This document shows positions 1 through 15,540 of a stretch of DNA of 64,000 nt, piece by piece (position 1 is the stretch's first letter; the number at the start of each line of letters is the position of its first letter). A program made the translations under genes and the position numbers. Below the pieces are notes generated by a model that was given only the letters and a program-made list of their open reading frames with translations, did no database searches and had not been told where the DNA came from. Location: NCBI GenBank assembly GCA_964035545.1, contig CAXIUT010000097.1, positions 434,001-498,000 of the forward strand. The letters are read 5' to 3'. This DNA is from Bugula neritina (lineage: Eukaryota > Animalia > Bryozoa).

Positions 1-210
1 ACATACTGCAACATGCTAAAATATACTGCAACATACTGAAATACACTGCAAAATACTGAAATACACTGTAACATACTGAAGTATACTGCAACATACTGAA
101 TCACACTGCTACATACTGAAATATACTGCAACACACTGCGACATACTGCAACATACTAAATTACACTGTAACATATTGAAATACACTGCAACACATTGAA
201 ATATACTGCA

Positions 211-240
211 ATGTACCGAAATATATGGTCAACTACTGAA
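211..240 (+). repeat. Marker motif M1 (ATGTACCGAAATATATGGTMAACTACTGAA), first of about 45 copies
   Basis: Starts at 211, 1813, 2603, 2823, 4425, 5215, 7226, 8362, 14045, 16527, 17317, 19288 ... 36738, 37925, 38981, 40117, 41172, 42319, 43374 ... 61296, 62432, 63312. Confidence 0.92.
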
Positions 241-600
241 ATATACTGTCACACATTGCAATATACTCTAACATACTGAAATATGCTGTAGCACACTGAA
301 ATACACTGCAACTCACTGAAATATACTGCAACATACTGAAATACACTGTAACATATTGAAATATACTGCAACATACTGAAATACAGTGCTACATACTGAA
401 ATATACTGCAACATACTGCAACATAGTGAAATACACTGCAAAATACTGAAATACACTATAACATACTGAAATATACTGCAACATACTGAAATACACTGCT
501 ACATACTGAAATATACTGCAACACACAGCAACATACTGCAACATACTAAAATACACTGTAACATATTGGAATACCCTGCAACACATTGAAATATACTGCA

Positions 601-630
601 ACATACCTAAATATACGGTGATATACCAAA
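601..630 (+). repeat. Marker motif M2 (ACATACCTAAATATACGGTDATATACCAAA and variants), first of dozens of copies
   Basis: Recurs near 601, 2153, 3213, 5605, 6014, 7616, 8682 ... 63702, typically 290-390 bp downstream of an M1 copy. Confidence 0.92.
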
Positions 631-3600
631 ATAAACTGTAACACATTTAAAAATACTGCAACATACTGAAATACACTGCAACACTCTGAAATACACTGCA
701 AAATACTGTAACACACTGAAATATACTGCAACACACTGCAACATACTGCAACATACTAGAATACACTGTAACATATTGAAATATACTGCAATATACTGAA
801 ATACACTGCTATATACCGAAATATACTGCAACACACTACAACATACTGCAACATGCTGAAATATACTGCAACATACTGAAATACCCTGCAAAATATACTG
901 AAATACACTGTAACATACTGAAGTATACTGCAACATACTGAAATACACTGCTACATACTGAAATTTACTGCGACACACTGCAACATACTGCAACATACTA
1001 AAATGCACTGTAACATAGTGAAATAGACTGCAACACATTGAAATATACTGCAAAATACTGAAATACACTGCTATATACTGAAATTTACTGCAACACACTG
1101 CAACATACTGCAACATACTAAAATATACTGCAACATACTGAAATACACTGCAAAATATTCAAATACACTGTAACAGATTGAAATATACTGCAACATACGG
1201 AAATACAGTGCTACATACTGAAATATACTGCAACATACTGCAACATAGTGAAATACACTGCAACATACTGCAAGATAGTGAAATACACTGTAACATACTG
1301 GAGTATACTGCAACATGCTGAAATACACTGCTACATACTGAAATATACTGCAACACACAGCAACATACTGCAACATACTAAAATACACTGTGACATGTTG
1401 GAATACACTGCAACACATTGAAATATACTGCAAAAGACTGAAATACACTGCTACATACTGAAATATACTGCGACACACTGCAACATACTGCAACATACTA
1501 AAATACACTGTAACATATTGAAATAGACTGCAACACAATGAAATATACTGTAAAATACTAAAATACACTGCTAAATACTGAAATATACTGCAACACACTG
1601 CAAGATACTGCAACATACTAAAATATACTGCAACATACTGAAATACACTGCAGAATACTGAAATACACTGTAACATACTGAAATATACTGCAAAATACTG
1701 AAATACACTGCTACATACTGAAATATACTGCAACACACTGCGACATACTGCAACATACTAAAATACACTGTAACATATTGAAATACACTGCAACACATTG
1801 AAATATACTGCAATGTACCGAAATATATGGTAAACTACTGAAATATACTGTCACACATTGAAAAACACTGCAACATACTGAAATATACTGCGACACATTG
1901 CAATATACTGTAACATACTGAAATATGCTGTAGCACACTGAAATACACTGCAACTCACTGAAATATACTGCAACATACTGAAATACACTGTAACATATTG
2001 AAATATACTGCAACATACTGAAATACACTGCTACATACTAAATTTTACTGCAACATACTGCAACATAGTGAAATACACTGTAACATACTGAAATACACTG
2101 CAACATACTGCAACATATTGAAATACACTGCAACACATTGAAATATACTGCATTATACCTAAATACACGGTGATATACCAAAATATACTGTAACACATTT
2201 AAAAATACTGCAACATACTGAAATACACTGCAAAAAACTGTAACACACTGAAATAAACTGCAACACACTGCAACATACTGCAACATACTAAAATATACTG
2301 TAACATATTGAAATAGACTGCAACACATTGAAACATACTGTAAATTACTGAAATACACTGCTAAATACTGAAATATACTGCAACACACTGCAAGATACTG
2401 CAACATACTAAAATATATTGCAACATACTGAAATACACTGCAGAATACTGAAATACACTGTAACATACTGAAATATACTGCAAAATACTGAAATACACAG
2501 CTACATACTGAAATATACTGCAACACACTGCGACATACTGCAACATACTAAATTACACTGTAACATATTGAAATACACTGCAACACACTGAAATATACTG
2601 CAATGTACCGAAATATATGGTCAACTACTGAAATATACTGTCACACATTGAAAAACACTGCAACATACTGAAATATACTGCGACACATTGCAATATACTG
2701 TAACATACTGAAATATGCTGTAGCACACTGAAATATACTGCAACACACTGCGACATACTGCAACATACTAAATTACACTGTAACATATTGAAATACACTG
2801 CAACACATTGAAATATACTGCAATGTACCGAAATATATGGTCAACTACTGAAATATACTGTCACACATTGCAATATACTCTAACATACTGAAATATGCTG
2901 TAGCACACTGAAATACACTGCAACTCACTGAAATATACTGCAACATACTGAAATACACTGTAACATATTGAAATATACTGCAACATACTGAAATACAGTG
3001 CTACATACTGAAATATACTGCAACATACTGCAACATAGTGAAATACACTGCAAAATACTGAAATACACTATAACATACTGAAATATACTGCAACATACTG
3101 AAATACACTGCTACATACTGAAATATACTGCAACACACAGCAACATACTGCAACATACTAAAATACACTGTAACATATTGGAATACCCTGCAACACATTG
3201 AAATATACTGCAACATACCTAAATATACGGTGATATACCAAAATAAACTGTAACACATTTAAAAATACTGCAACATACTGAAATACACTGCAACACTCTG
3301 AAATACACTGCAAAATACTGTAACACACTGAAATATACTGCAACACACTGCAACATACTGCAACATACTAGAATACACTGTAACATATTGAAATATACTG
3401 CAATATACTGAAATACACTGCTATATACCGAAATATACTGCAACACACTACAACATACTGCAACATGCTGAAATATACTGCAACATACTGAAATACCCTG
3501 CAAAATATACTGAAATACACTGTAACATACTGAAGTATACTGCAACATACTGAAATACACTGCTACATACTGAAATTTACTGCGACACACTGCAACATAC

Positions 3601-3960
3601 TGCAACATACTAAAATGCACTGTAACATAGTGAAATAGACTGCAACACATTGAAATATACTGCAAAATACTGAAATACACTGCTATATACTGAAATTTAC
3701 TGCAACACACTGCAACATACTGCAACATACTAAAATATACTGCAACATACTGAAATACACTGCAAAATATTCAAATACACTGTAACATATTGAAATATAC
3801 TGCAACATACGGAAATACAGTGCTACATACTGAAATATACTGCAACATACTGCAACATAGTGAAATACACTGCAACATACTGCAAGATAGTGAAATACAC
3901 TGTAACATACTGGAGTATACTGCAACATGCTGAAATACACTGCTACATACTGAAATATAC

Positions 3961-4340
3961 TGCAACACACAGCAACATACTGCAACATACTAAAATACAC
4001 TGTGACATGTTGGAATACACTGCAACACATTGAAATATACTGCAAAAGACTGAAATACACTGCTACATACTGAAATATACTGCGACACACTGCAACATAC
4101 TGCAACATACTAAAATACACTGTAACATATTGAAATAGACTGCAACACAATGAAATATACTGTAAAATACTAAAATACACTGCTAAATACTGAAATATAC
4201 TGCAACACACTGCAAGATACTGCAACATACTAAAATATACTGCAACATACTGAAATACACTGCAGAATACTGAAATACACTGTAACATACTGAAATATAC
4301 TGCAAAATACTGAAATACACTGCTACATACTGAAATATAC
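3961..4340. repeat. Example of intermediate 120-bp and 140-bp blocks (120+120+140), found throughout the array
   Basis: 3961-4080 and 4081-4200 each follow TGCAACACAC TGCAACATAC TGCAACATAC TAAAATACAC TGTAACATAT TGAAATACAC TGCAACACAT TGAAATATAC TGCAAAATAC TGAAATACAC TGCTACATAC TGAAATATAC with variants. 4201-4340 is a 14-monomer relative with the same start and end. Confidence 0.85.
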
Positions 4341-7300
4341 TGCAACACACTGCGACATACTGCAACATACTAACATACACTGTAACATATTGAAATACAC
4401 TGCAACACATTGAAATATACTGCAATGTACCGAAATATATGGTAAACTACTGAAATATACTGTCACACATTGAAAAACACTGCAACATACTGAAATATAC
4501 TGCGACACATTGCAATATACTGTAACATACTGAAATATGCTGTAGCACACTGAAATACACTGCAACTCACTGAAATATACTGCAACATACTGAAATACAC
4601 TGTAACATATTGAAATATACTGCAACATACTGAAATACACTGCTACATACTAAATTTTACTGCAACATACTGCAACATAGTGAAATACACTGTAACATAC
4701 TGAAATACACTGCAACATACTGCAACATATTGAAATACACTGCAACACATTGAAATATACTGCATTATACCTAAATATACGGTGATATACCAAAATATAC
4801 TGTAACACATTTAAAAATACTGCAACATACTGAAATACACTGCAAAAAACTGTAACACACTGAAATAAACTGCAACACACTGCAACATACTGCAACATAC
4901 TAAAATATACTGTAACATATTGAAATAGACTGCAACACATTGAAACATACTGTAAATTACTGAAATACACTGCTAAATACTGAAATATACTGCAACACAC
5001 TGCAAGATACTGCAACATACTAAAATATATTGCAACATACTGAAATACACTGCAGAATACTGAAATACACTGTAACATACTGAAATATACTGCAAAATAC
5101 TGAAATACACAGCTACATACTGAAATATACTGCAACACACTGCGACATACTGCAACATACTAAATTACACTGTAACATATTGAAATACACTGCAACACAT
5201 TGAAATATACTGCAATGTACCGAAATATATGGTCAACTACTGAAATATACTGTCACACATTGAAAAACACTGCAACATACTGAAATATACTGCGACACAT
5301 TGCAATATACTGTAACATACTGAAATATGCTGTAGCACACTGAAATACACTGCAACTCACTGAAATATACTGAAACATACTGAAATACACTGTAACATAT
5401 TGAAATATACTGCAACATACTGAAATACAGTGCTACATACTGAAATATACTGCAACATACTGCAACATAGTGAAATACACTGCAACATACTGCAAGATAG
5501 TGAAATACACTGTAACATACTGAATTACACCGCAAAATACTGCAACATATTGAAATGCACTGTAACATATTGAAATACACTGCAACACATTGAAATATAC
5601 TGCAACATACCTAAATATACGGTATTATACCAAAATATACTGTAACACATTGAAAAATACTGCAACGTACTGAAATACACTGCAACACACCGAAAAACAC
5701 TGAAAATACTGTAACACACTGAAATATACTGCAAAATACTGAAATATACTGCAAAATACTGAAATACACTGCTACATACTGAAATATACTGCAACACACC
5801 GCAACATACTGCAACATACTAAAGTATACTGCAACATACTGAAATACACTGCAAAATACTGAAATACACTATAACATACTGAAATATACTGCAACATACT
5901 GAAATACACTGCTACATACTGAAATATACTGCAACACACAGCAACATACTGCAACATACTAAAATACACTGTAACATATTGGAATACCCTGCAACACATT
6001 GAAATATACTGCAACATACCTAAATATACGGTGATATACCAAAATAAACTGTAACACATTTAAAAATACTGCAACATACTGAAATACACTGCAACACTCT
6101 GAAATACACTGCAAAATACTGTAACACACTGAAATATACTGCAACACACTGCAACATACTGCAACATACTAGAATACACTGTAACATATTGAAATATACT
6201 GCAATATACTGAAATACACTGCTATATACCGAAATATACTGCAACACACTACAACATACTGCAACATGCTAAAATATACTGCAACATACTGAAATACCCT
6301 GCAAAATATACTGAAATACACTGTAACATACTGAAGTATACTGCAACATACTGAAATACACTGCTACATACTGAAATTTACTGCGACACACTGGAACATA
6401 CTGCAACATACTAAAATGCACTGTAACATAGTGAAATAGACTGCAACACATTGAAATATACTGCAAAATACTGAAATACACTGCTATATACTGAAATTTA
6501 CTGCAACACACTGCAACATACTGCAACATACTAAAATATACTGCAACATACTGAAATACACTGCAAAATATTCAAATACACTGTAACATATTGAAATATA
6601 CTGCAACATACGGAAATACAGTGCTACATACTGAAATATACTGCAACATACTGCAACATAGTGAAATACACTGCAACATACTGCAAGATAGTGAAATACA
6701 CTGTAACATACTGGAGTATACTGCAACATGCTGAAATACACTGCTACATACTGAAATATACTGCAACACACAGCAACATACTGCAACATACTAAAATACA
6801 CTGTGACATGTTGGAATACACTGCAACACATTGAAATATACTGCAAAAGACTGAAATACACTGCTACATACTGAAATATACTGCGACACACTGCAACATA
6901 CTGCAACATACTAAAATACACTGTAACATATTGAAATAGACTGCAACACAATGAAATATACTGTAAAATACTGAAATACACTGCTAAATACTGAAATATG
7001 CTGCAACACACTGCAAGATACTGCAACATACTAAAATATACTGCAACATACTGAAATACACTGCAGAATACTGAAATACACTGTAACATACTGAAATATA
7101 CTGCAAAATACTGAAATACACAGCTACATACTGAAATATACTGCAACACACTGCGACATACTACAACATACTAAAATACACTGTAACATATTGAAATACA
7201 CTGCAACACATTGAAATATACTGCAATGTACCGAAATATATGGTAAACTACTGAAATATACTGTCACACATTGAAAAACACTGCAACATACTGCAATATA

Positions 7301-8640
7301 CTGCGACACATTGCAATATACTGTAACATACTGAAATATGCTGTAGCACACTGAAATACACTGCAACTCACTGAAATATACTGCAACATACTGAAATACA
7401 CTGTAACATATTGAAATATACTGCAACATACTGAAATACAGTGCTACATACTGAAATATACTGCAACATACTGCAACATAGTGAAATAAACTGCAACATA
7501 CTGCAAGATAGTGAAATACACTGTAACATACTGAAATACACCGCAAAATACTACAACATATTGAAATGCACTGTAACATATTGAAATACACTGCAACACA
7601 TTGAAATGTACTGCAACATACCTAGTTATACGGTAATATACCAAAATATACTGTAACACATTGAAAAATACTGCAACATACTGAAATACACTGCAACACA
7701 CCGAAAAACACTGAAAATACTGTAACACACTGAAATATACTGCAAAATACTGAAATATACTGCAAAATACTGAAATACACTGCTACATACTGAAATATAC
7801 TGCAACACACCGCAACATACTGCAACATACTAAAGTATACTGCAACATACTGAAATACACTGCAAAATACTGAAATACACTATAACATACTGAAATATAC
7901 TGCAACATACCGAAATATACTGCTACATACTGAAATATACTGCAACACACTGCAACATACTGCAACATACTAGAATACACTGTAACATAATGAAATACAC
8001 TGCAACACATTAAAATATACTGCAAAATACTGAAATACACTGCTATATACTGAAATACACTGCAACACACTACAACATACTGCAACATGCTAAAAGCTGC
8101 AACATACTGAAATACACTGCTACATACTGAAATATACTGCAACACATTGCAACATACTGCAACATACTAAAGTATACTGCAACATACTGAAATACACTGC
8201 AGAATACTGAAATACACTGTAAGATACTGAAATATACTGCAAAATACTGAAATACATTGCTACATACTGAAATATACTGCAACACACTGCGACATACTGC
8301 AACATACTAAAATACACTGTAACATATTGAAATACATTGCAACACATTGAAATATATTGCAATGTACCGAAATATATGGTAAACTACTGAAATATACTGT
8401 CACACATTGAAAAATACTGCAACATACTGAAATATACTGCGACACATTGCAATATACTGTAACATACTGAAATATCCTGTAGCACACTGAAATACACTGC
8501 AACATACTGAAATACACTGTAACATATTGAAATATACTGCAACATACTGAAATACAGTGCTACATACTGAAATATACTGCAACATACTGCAACATAGTGA
8601 AATTCACTGTAACATACTGAAAAACACTGCAACATACCAC

Positions 8641-11600
8641 AACATATTGAAATACACTGCAACACATTGAAATATACTGCAACATACCTAAATATACGGT
8701 GATATACCAAAATAAACTGTAACACATTTAAAAATACTGCAACATACTGAAATACACTGCAACACTCTGAAATACACTGCAAAATACTGTAACACACTGA
8801 AATATACTGCAACACACTGCAACATACTGCAACATACTAGAATACACTGTAACATATTGAAATATACTGCAACATACTGAAATACACTGCTATATACTGA
8901 AATATACTGCAACACACTACAACATACTGCAACATGCTAAAATATACTGCAACATACTGAAATACCCTGCAAAATACTGAAATACACTGTAACATACTGA
9001 AGTATACTGCAACATACTGAAATACACTGCTACATACTGAAACATACTGCAACGCACAGCAACATACTGCAACATACTAAAATACACTGTAACATATTGG
9101 AATACACTGCAACACATTGAAATATACTGCAAAATACTGAAATACACTGCTACATACTGAAATTTACTGCGACACACTGCAACATACTGCAACATACTAA
9201 AATGCGCTGTAACATAGTGAAATAGACTGCAACACATTGAAATATACTGCAAAATACTGAAATACACTGCTATATACTGAAATACACTGCAACACACTAC
9301 AACATACTGCAACATGCTAAAATATACTGCAACATACTGAAATACACTGCAAAATACTGAGATACACTGTAACATACTGAAGTATACTGCAACATACTGA
9401 ATCACACTGCTACATACTGAAATATACTGCAAAATACTGAAATACACTGCTATAAACTGAAATACACTGCAACACACTACAACATACTGCAACATGCTAA
9501 AAGCTGCAACATACTGAAATACACTGCTACATACTGAAATATACTGCAACACACAGCAACTTACTGCAACATACTAAAATATACTGCAACATACTGAAAT
9601 ACACTGCAAAATATTCAAATACACTGTAACATACTGAAATATACTGCGACACATTGCAATATACTGTAACATACAGAAATATCCTGTAGCACACTGAAAT
9701 ACACTGCAACTCACTGAAATATACTGCAACATACTGAAATACACTGTAACATATTGAAATATACTGCAACATACTGAAATACAGTGCTACATACTGAAAT
9801 ATACTGCAACATATTGCAACATAGTGAAATAAACTGCAACATACTGCAAGATATTGAAATGCACTGTAACATATTGAAATACACTGCAACACATTGAAAT
9901 ATACTGCAACATACCTAAATATACGGTAATACACCAAAATATACTGTAACACATTGAAAAATACTGCAACATACTGAAATACACTGCAACACACCGAAAA
10001 ACACTGAAAATACTGTAACACACTGAAATATACTGCAAAATACTGAAATATACTGCAAAATACCAAAATACACTGCTACATACTGAAATATACTGCAACA
10101 CACCGCAACATACTGCAACATACTAAAGTATACTGCAACATACTGAAATACACTGCAAAATACTGAAATACACTATAACATACTGAAATATACTGCAACA
10201 TACTGAAATATACTGCTACATACTGAAATATACTGCAAAACACTGCAACATACTGCAACATACTAGAATACACTGTAACATAATGAAATACACTGCAACA
10301 CATTGAAATATACTGCAAAATACTGAAATACACTGCTATATACTGAAATACACTGCAACACACTACAACATACTGCAACATGCTAAAAGCTGCAACATAC
10401 TGAAATACACTGCTACATACTGAAATATACTGCAACACATTGCAACATACTGCAACATACTAAAGTATACTGCAACATACTGAAATACACTGCAGAATAC
10501 TGAAATACACTGTAAGATACTGAAATATACTGCAAAATACTGAAATACATTGCTACATACTGAAATATACTGCAACACAATGCGACATACTGCAACATAC
10601 TAAAATACACTGTAACATATTGAAATACACTGCAACACATTGAAATATACTGCAACATACTGAAATATACTGCGACACATTGCAATATACTGTAACATAC
10701 TGAAATATCCTGTAGCACACTGAAATACACTGCAACATACTGAAATACACTGTAACATATTGAAATATACTGCAACATACTGAAATACAGTGCTACATAC
10801 TGAAATATACTGCAACATACTGCAACATAGTGAAATTCACTGTAACATACTGAAAAACACTGCAACATACTACAACATATTGAAATACACTGCAACACAT
10901 TGAAATATACTGCAACATACCTAAATATACGGTGATATACCAAAATAAACTGTAACACATTTAAAAATACTGCAACATACTGAAATACACTGCAACACTC
11001 TGAAATACACACCAAAATACTGTAACACACTGAAATATACTGCAACACACTGCAACATACTGCAACATACTAGAATACACTGTAACATATTGAAATATAC
11101 TGCAACATACTGAAATACACTGCTATATACTGAAATATACTGCAACACACTACAACATACTGCAACATGCTAAAATATACTGCAACATACTGAAATACCC
11201 TGCAAAATACTGGAATACACTGTAACATACTGAAGTATACTGCAACATACTGAAATACACTGCTACATACTGAAATATACTGCAACACACAGCAACATAC
11301 TGCAACATACTAAAATACACTGTAACATATTGGAATACACTGCAACACATTGAAATATACTGCAAAATACTAAAATACACTGCTACATACTGAAATTTAC
11401 TGCGACACACTGCAACATACTGCAACATACCAAAATGCGCTGTAACATAGTGAAATAGACTGCAACACATTGAAATATACTGCAAAATACTGAAATACAC
11501 TGCTATATACTGAAATACACTGCAACACACTACAACATACTGCAACATGCTAAAATATACTGCAACATACTGAAATACACTGCAAAATACTGAAATACAC

Positions 11601-14600
11601 TGTAACATACTGAAGTATACTGCAACATACTGAAATACACTGCTACATACTGAAACATACTGCAAAATACTGAAATACACTGCTATATACTGAAATACAC
11701 TGCAACACACTACAACATACTGCAATATGCTAAAAGCTGCAACATACTGAAATACACTGCTACATACTGAAATATACTGCAACACACAGCAACTTACTGC
11801 AACATACTAAAATATACTGCAACATACTGAAATACACTGCAAAATATTCAAATACACTGTAACATATTGAAATATACTGCAACATACTGAAATACAGTGC
11901 TACATACTAAAATATACTGCAACATACTGCAACATAGTGAAATACAGTGCAACATTTTGCAAGATAGTGAAATACACTGTAACATACTGAAATACACCGC
12001 AAAATACTACAACATATTGAAATGCACTGTAACATATTGAAATACACTGCAACACATTGAAATATACTGCAACATACCTAAATATACGGTGATATACCAA
12101 AATAAACTGTAACACATTTAAAAATACTGCAACATACTGAAATACACTGCAACACTCTGAAATACACTGCAAAATACTGTAACACACTGAAATATACTGC
12201 AACACACTGCAACATACTGCAACATACTAGAATACACTGTAACATATTGAAATATACTGCAACATACTGAAATACACTGCTATATACTGAAATATACTGC
12301 AACACACTACAACATACTGCAACATGCTAAAATATACTGCAACATACTGAAATACCCTGCAAAATACTGAAATACACTGTAACATACTGAAGTATACTGC
12401 AACATACTGAAATACACTGCTACATACTGAAACATACTGCAACACACAGCAACATACTGCAACATACTAAAATACACTGTAACATATTGGAATACACTGC
12501 AACACATTGAAATATACTGCAAAAAACTGAAATACACTGCTGCATACTGAAATTTACTGCGACACACTGCAACATACTGCAACATACTAAAATGCGCTGT
12601 AACATAGTGAAATAGACTGCAACACATTGAAATATACTGCAAAATACTGAAGTACACTGCTATATACTGAAATACACTGCAACACACTACAACATACTGC
12701 AACATGCTAAAATATACTGCAACATACTGAAATACACTGCAAAATACTGAAATACACTGTAACATACTGAAGTATACTGCAACATACTGAATCACACTGC
12801 TACATACTGAAATATACTGCAAAATACTGAAATACACTGCTATATACTGAAATACACTGCAACACACTACAACATACTGCAACATGCTAAAAGCTGCAAC
12901 ATACTGAAATACACTGCTACATACTGAAATATACTGCAACACACAGCAACTTACTGCAACATACTAAAATATACTGCAACATACTGAAATACACTGCAAA
13001 ATATTCAAATACACTGTAACATACTGAAATATACTGCGACACATTGCAATATACTGTAACATACTGAAATATCCTGTAGCACACTGAAATACACTGCAAC
13101 TCACTGAAATATACTGCAACATACTGAAATACACTGTAACATATTGAAATATACTGCAACATACTGAAATACAGTGCTACATACTGAAATATACTGCAAC
13201 ATACTGCAACATAGTTAAATAAACTGCAACATACTGCAAGATATTGAAATGCACTGTAACATATTGAAATACACTGCAACACATTGAAATATACTGCAAC
13301 ATACCTAAATATACGGTAATATACCAAAATATACTGTAACACATTGAAAAATACTGCAGCATACTGAAATACACTGCAACACACCGAAAAACACTGAAAA
13401 TACTGTAAAACACTGAAATATACTGCAAAATACTGAAATATACTGCAAAATACCGAAATACACTGCTACATACTGAAATATACTGCAACACACCGCAACA
13501 TACTGCAACATACTAAAGTATACTGCAACATACTGAAATACACTGCAAAATACTGAAATACACTATAACATACTGAAATATACTGCAACATACTGAAATA
13601 TACTGCTACATACTGAAATATACTGCAAAACACTGCAACATACTGCAACATACTAGAATACACTGTAACATAATGAAATACACTGCAACACATTGAAATA
13701 TACTGCAAAATACTGAAATACACTGCTATATACTGAAATACACTGCAACACACTACAACATACTGCAACATGCTAAAAGCTGCAACATACTGAAATACAC
13801 TGCTACATACTGAAATATACTGCAACACATTGCAACATACTGCAACATACTAAAGTATACTGCAACATACTGAAATACACTGCAGAATACTGAAATACAC
13901 TGTAAGATACTGAAATATACTGCAAAATACTGAAATACATTGCTACATACTGAAATATACTGCAACACACTGCGACATACTGCAACATACTAAAATACAC
14001 TGTAACATATTGAAATACACTGCAACACATTGAAATATACTGCAATGTACCGAAATATATGGTAAACTACTGAAATATACTGTCACACATTGAAAAATAC
14101 TGCAACATACTGAAATATACTGCGACACATTGCAATATACTGTAACATACTGAAATATCCTGTAGCACACTGAAATACACTGCAACATACTGAAATACAC
14201 TGTAACATATTGAAATATACTGCAACATACTGAAATACAGTGCTACATACTGAAATATACTGCAACATACTGCAACATAGTGAAATTCACTGTAACATAC
14301 TGAAAAACACTGCAACATACTACAACATATTGAAATACACTGCAACACATTGAAATATACTGCAACATACCTAAATATACGGTGATATACCAAAATAAAC
14401 TGTAACACATTTAAAAATACTGCAACATACTGAAATACACTGCAACACTCTGAAATACACACCAAAATACTGTAACACACTGAAATATACTGCAACACAC
14501 TGCAACATACTGCAACATACTAGAATACACTGTAACATATTGAAATATACTGCAACATACTGAAATACACTGCTATATACTGAAATATACCGCAACACAC

Positions 14601-15540
14601 TACAACATACTGCAACATGCTAAAATATACTGCAACATACTGAAATACCCTGCAAAATACTGGAATACACTGTAACATACTGAAGTATACTGCAACATAC
14701 TGAAATACACTGCTACATACTGAAATATACTGCAACACACATAACATACTGCAACATACTAAAATACACTGTAACATATTGGAATACACTGCAACACATT
14801 GAAATATACTGCAAAATACTGAAATACACTGCTACATACTGAAATTTACTGCGACACACTGCAACATACTGCAACATACTAAAATGCGCTGTAACATAGT
14901 GAAATAGACTGCAACACATTGAAATATACTGCAAAATACTGAAATACACTGCTATATACTGAAATACACTGCAACACACTACAACATACTGCAACATGCT
15001 AAAATATACTGCAACATACTGAAATACACTGCAAAATACTGAAATACACTGTAACATACTGAAGTATACTGCAACATACTGAAATACACTGCTACATACT
15101 GAAATATACTGCAAAATACTGAAATACACTGCTATATACTGAAATACACTGCAACACACTACAACATACTGCAACATGCTAAAAGCTGCAACATACTGAA
15201 ATACACTGCTACATACTGAAATATACTGCAACACACAGCAACTTACTGCAACATACTAAAATATACTGCAACATACTGAAATACACTGCAAAATATTCAA
15301 ATACACTGTAACATATTGAAATATACTGCAACATACTGAAATACAGTGCTACATACTGAAATATACTGCAACATACTGCAACATAGTGAAATACACTGCA
15401 ACATACTGCAAGATAGTGAAATACACTGTAACATACTGAAATACACCGCAAAAAACTACAACATATTGAAATGCACTGTAACCTATTGAAATACACTGCA
15501 ACACATTGAAATATACTGCAACATACCTAAATATACGGTA
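8641..15540. repeat. Higher-order tandem duplication, 3390-bp period (3450 after a 60-bp indel), 2 copies
   Basis: ORF offsets 8688/12078, 8917/12307, 9527/12917, 10076/13466 and 10363/13753 all equal 3390; 10921/14371 equals 3450. There is also an internal 2293/2233 offset (7783/10076, 8688/10921). Confidence 0.88.

Larger units (their letters stand above)
115..5346. repeat. Higher-order repeat, 2612-bp period, 2 tandem copies
   Basis: ORF pairs are offset by exactly 2612 (389/3001, 607/3219, 1071/3683, 2038/4650), as are markers (211/2823, 1813/4425, 2603/5215). About 4 substitutions seen between copies (near 1176, 1761, 2166, 2588). Confidence 0.95.

Noticed and set aside
809-816. TATA-like (CTATATA) and repeated GAAA motifs as promoters or transcription-factor sites
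   Set aside because: They are inherent monomer variants repeated many times with no associated gene.
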